64,000 nucleotides of DNA, from contig JAKMXF010000348.1 in assembly GCA_024704765.1 (NCBI GenBank), positions 3,401-67,400 on the forward strand, read 5' to 3'. The stretch is from Oopsacas minuta. Taxonomy: Eukaryota > Animalia > Porifera. The translations under genes and the position numbers were made by a program. The notes below the pieces were generated by a model. It was not told the origin of the DNA, made no database searches, and was given only the letters and a program-made list of their open reading frames with translations. Each line of letters begins with the position of its first letter. The first letter of the stretch is position 1. This document shows positions 61,487-64,000 of the stretch, piece by piece.

Positions 61487-62401
61487 CTCTAAGTGGACAA
61501 AAGTATTTCAACACACAAATATATTGTCATAAATTATATACTCTTTCCCGCTCCTATATATTGTGTACTATATAATCGTAGCTGCTATCTAGTAATTTGT
61601 ATAGAATAACATAGGTTTTTCAAGAATTTCAAAAAAATATTTTCGATTTACAATTTTGAAGGTGCTAATTATTAATAATTATTAGATAATTATTGATAAT
61701 CAAAATATATGGTAATTCAAAGCCTATTAAGAATCTATAATTTCTGACTTGATATTTGAATTCCACGTAGGTGAGTCACCCCAGATTGAAATTTCCAATC
61801 GGATTAAACAATTCTTACTAAAGTTATAGAAGAATTTCAATTTGTCCTACTTGTGCCACTTTATGAAAAAAGTGGCACAGGTGGCAGGAGAAAGCGCCAC
61901 TACAAGCAAAGCAACTAAAGCTAGGAGGAATAAGTCAAAGTAATATTTTCGAATGATATGACTATGCTAACCCTTGAATTCCATAATAACCTCTTGGTAG
62001 CGGCCACTTGTGCTACCTTGGGAAAAAGGTGGCACAAATTGCACAAATTGAAATTGATCTATAGCTCTGGTAAAAATTGTTCAATCCGATTGGAAATTTC
62101 AATTTGGGGTAACTCGCCTACGTGGAATTCAAATATCAAGTCAGAAATTATAGATTCTTAATAGGCTTTGAATTACCACATATTTTGATTATCAATAATT
62201 ATCTAATAATTATTAGTAAGTAATAAACACCTTCAAAAATGTACATCGAAAATATTTTTTGAAATTCTTGAAAAACATGTTACTCTATACAAATTACTAG
62301 ATAGCAGCTACGAATATAGAGTACAAAATATATAGGAGTGGGAAAGAGTATACAATTTATGACAATATATTTGGTGTTGAAATACTTTTGTCCACTTAGA
62401 G
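61487..62401. mobile_element. foldback MITE, 915 bp, with approximately 400-bp arms
   Basis: TA|CTCTAAGTGGACAAAAGTATTTCAAC...GTTGAAATACTTTTGTCCACTTAGAG|TA. The arms are reverse complements around a short spacer. Confidence 0.9.
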
Positions 62402-63349
62402 TATGTATACAATTGAACTTGAAGGAAGAATCATGTACAGTATCACAATTTCTATTTGCCGATATTTCAAATTGAGTGAAAAAGCTTTGTTCAGTCCAGT
62501 ATTGCAGTAAAGATGCGCTGACATTTGAAATTTACTAACAACTCTTTGTATAGTTTAGTTTCACAATTTCTGTGTGCCAAAATTTGAAATTGGCTAATAA
62601 ATCTTAGTATAATTCGGTATTTCACTTCCTATGTGCCGAAATTTGACATTACTTAAGTGAAAATCTTTAGGTGATAGGATAACTATAGACCCCATAAGTA
62701 CTATAGCCACAAGTAATTCACATATACTGTATCAAAAAGTAAACATATGGACGTATTGCATATGCCCGGGAATGATGGATACTGTTTGAAGGTGTTATAA
62801 GAATAGTACCATAAGTATATTACGCAGTCGAGTTACTTCAGAGAAATAGAAGTATACATAAAACTCACCAATTCGTGACACTAATTGAATCCTCAAAAAC
62901 CCCGCAAGTGAGCACAGAATGATCAAACATACTTGAAAACATCAACACAAGTATTCTATTTAGAAAAAACTATGGAGCCGTCCAAACGTTACGTAATAGT
63001 TCAAAAGGGGGGCGGTGGTGTAAATACAGTGTGAAATTCTAATCATTTTGTATTACAAAAGGGTCTAAGGTGTGCCACAGTGTTTGAAAGGCGCCCATGA
63101 ATTCTAAACTATACACTGTGGATTAATATGGCAGTTAGTAAAGAATAGCTATTTTGGTATGAGATGGCCATATCAAATGTATTAATTGCATATGGGTTAT
63201 CCATATTTGGCAATCACCTTGAACTTTAAATTTTGTTGTAGGGCTCGTATTTATAGAGTTATGACGCCTTCAAAATTATGACGTCACACTTATGATGGAA
63301 TTTATCTTATTGATTTACAAAATACTACACACTATAGTCATACTTAAGT

Positions 63350-64000
63350 TCATGATAGGCAATTTGTATTGGAGGTTAAATTCGTGAATAAAGTCTGTAT
63401 ACTAGTTTTCTGATTGTTCGCAGCATTGCAGCGTATCGATCTCGTTGTATGTCCAGATTGACCACATCGTTCACAAGTAAAAATTTTTTGATAGCTTACT
63501 AAAGTTGGATCACTTTGAGCGGTTAATCTGACGAAGATATCCAGAATATTGGTCTCAAAACTAGCTTTGGGAGCTAAATTCTCTCGATATTTTCTAACAA
63601 ATTTGTTGCATGATTCCGTGCCTTCTTTGGGAAATCCCTTTAAACCATAGCTAGAATTCGATCATGTATTAACTCCTCGGAATGGGCCAAGAGCTTGTGC
63701 GGGTTGGAGTCATGCTAGCTCAAGTGAATGAATCTAAGATGACAAGGCAGGTATTATTGCACAATAACTCCATTTCCAAAGTGTTAACCTAGTTACTTGA
63801 ATTAAAACCCGAAGAATGGCTGGAAGTTGAGTATGTATCTTTGATAAGATTAGGCGATATTGTATTGCTACAGTTGATAGAATGCATTCAAGGCATTCAG
63901 TTTCATCAGAAAAGGCTCTTCTAGCAACATTCCCTGTTGAGGTGGTTCCACCGCTAGAATTAGGCTGGTCGACATTAAATCCTGTCTTATCCTGAATGCG
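63350..64000 (-). pseudogene. RAG1-like / Transib-superfamily transposase C-terminal remnant (runs off the window end)
   Basis: GGTTSTGNVARRAF (63911-63952), HKLLAH (63682-63699), KEGTESCNKFVRKYR (EGTESCNK 63602-63625), DIFVRLTAQSDP, and tail CERCGQSGHTTRSIRC (63428-63475). Stops and frameshifts lie between the motifs. Confidence 0.75.

Noticed and set aside
60913-62161. ORFs 60913-61209 and 61958-62161
   Set aside because: They lie within satellite and foldback MITE sequence; chance open frames.
1-64000. tRNA, rRNA or other structured ncRNA genes
   Set aside because: None recognised by eye; an Infernal/tRNAscan search would be needed to exclude them.

Overview
AT-rich eukaryotic (animal-type) genomic DNA with GT-AG introns and one assembly gap (3602-3764). 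The compact, partly intronless gene set resembles a sponge such as a glass sponge; this is inference only. Bases 1-46 kb are gene-rich: a MATE pseudogene, three members of an orphan 7TM family, a 5-exon RUFY gene, a TMEM179-like tandem pair, an NHL-propeller gene, a TRPA-like channel, a di-glycine ubiquitin-like gene beside an RBR E3, and an unannotated 4-exon orphan gene. Bases 47-64 kb are almost entirely transposon and satellite DNA: DD37D and DD37E Tc1/mariner elements, a decayed piggyBac, an apparently intact Chapaev3, foldback MITEs, a 450-bp inverted duplication and a RAG1-like transposase remnant. The standout is a single-exon 7.8-kb ORF (13396-21189, about 2597 aa). It joins a RIG-I-CTD-like Zn domain, a RIG-I/Dicer-type DExD/H helicase, a cellular RNA-dependent RNA polymerase (DLDGD intact), a Cid1/TUTase-type terminal nucleotidyltransferase (catalytic Asp triad intact), a KH-like segment and an unassigned C-terminal domain. 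It looks like a one-polypeptide version of the helicase + RdRP + tailing-enzyme complexes used in RNAi amplification. All calls come from motif reading by eye; no searches were run.
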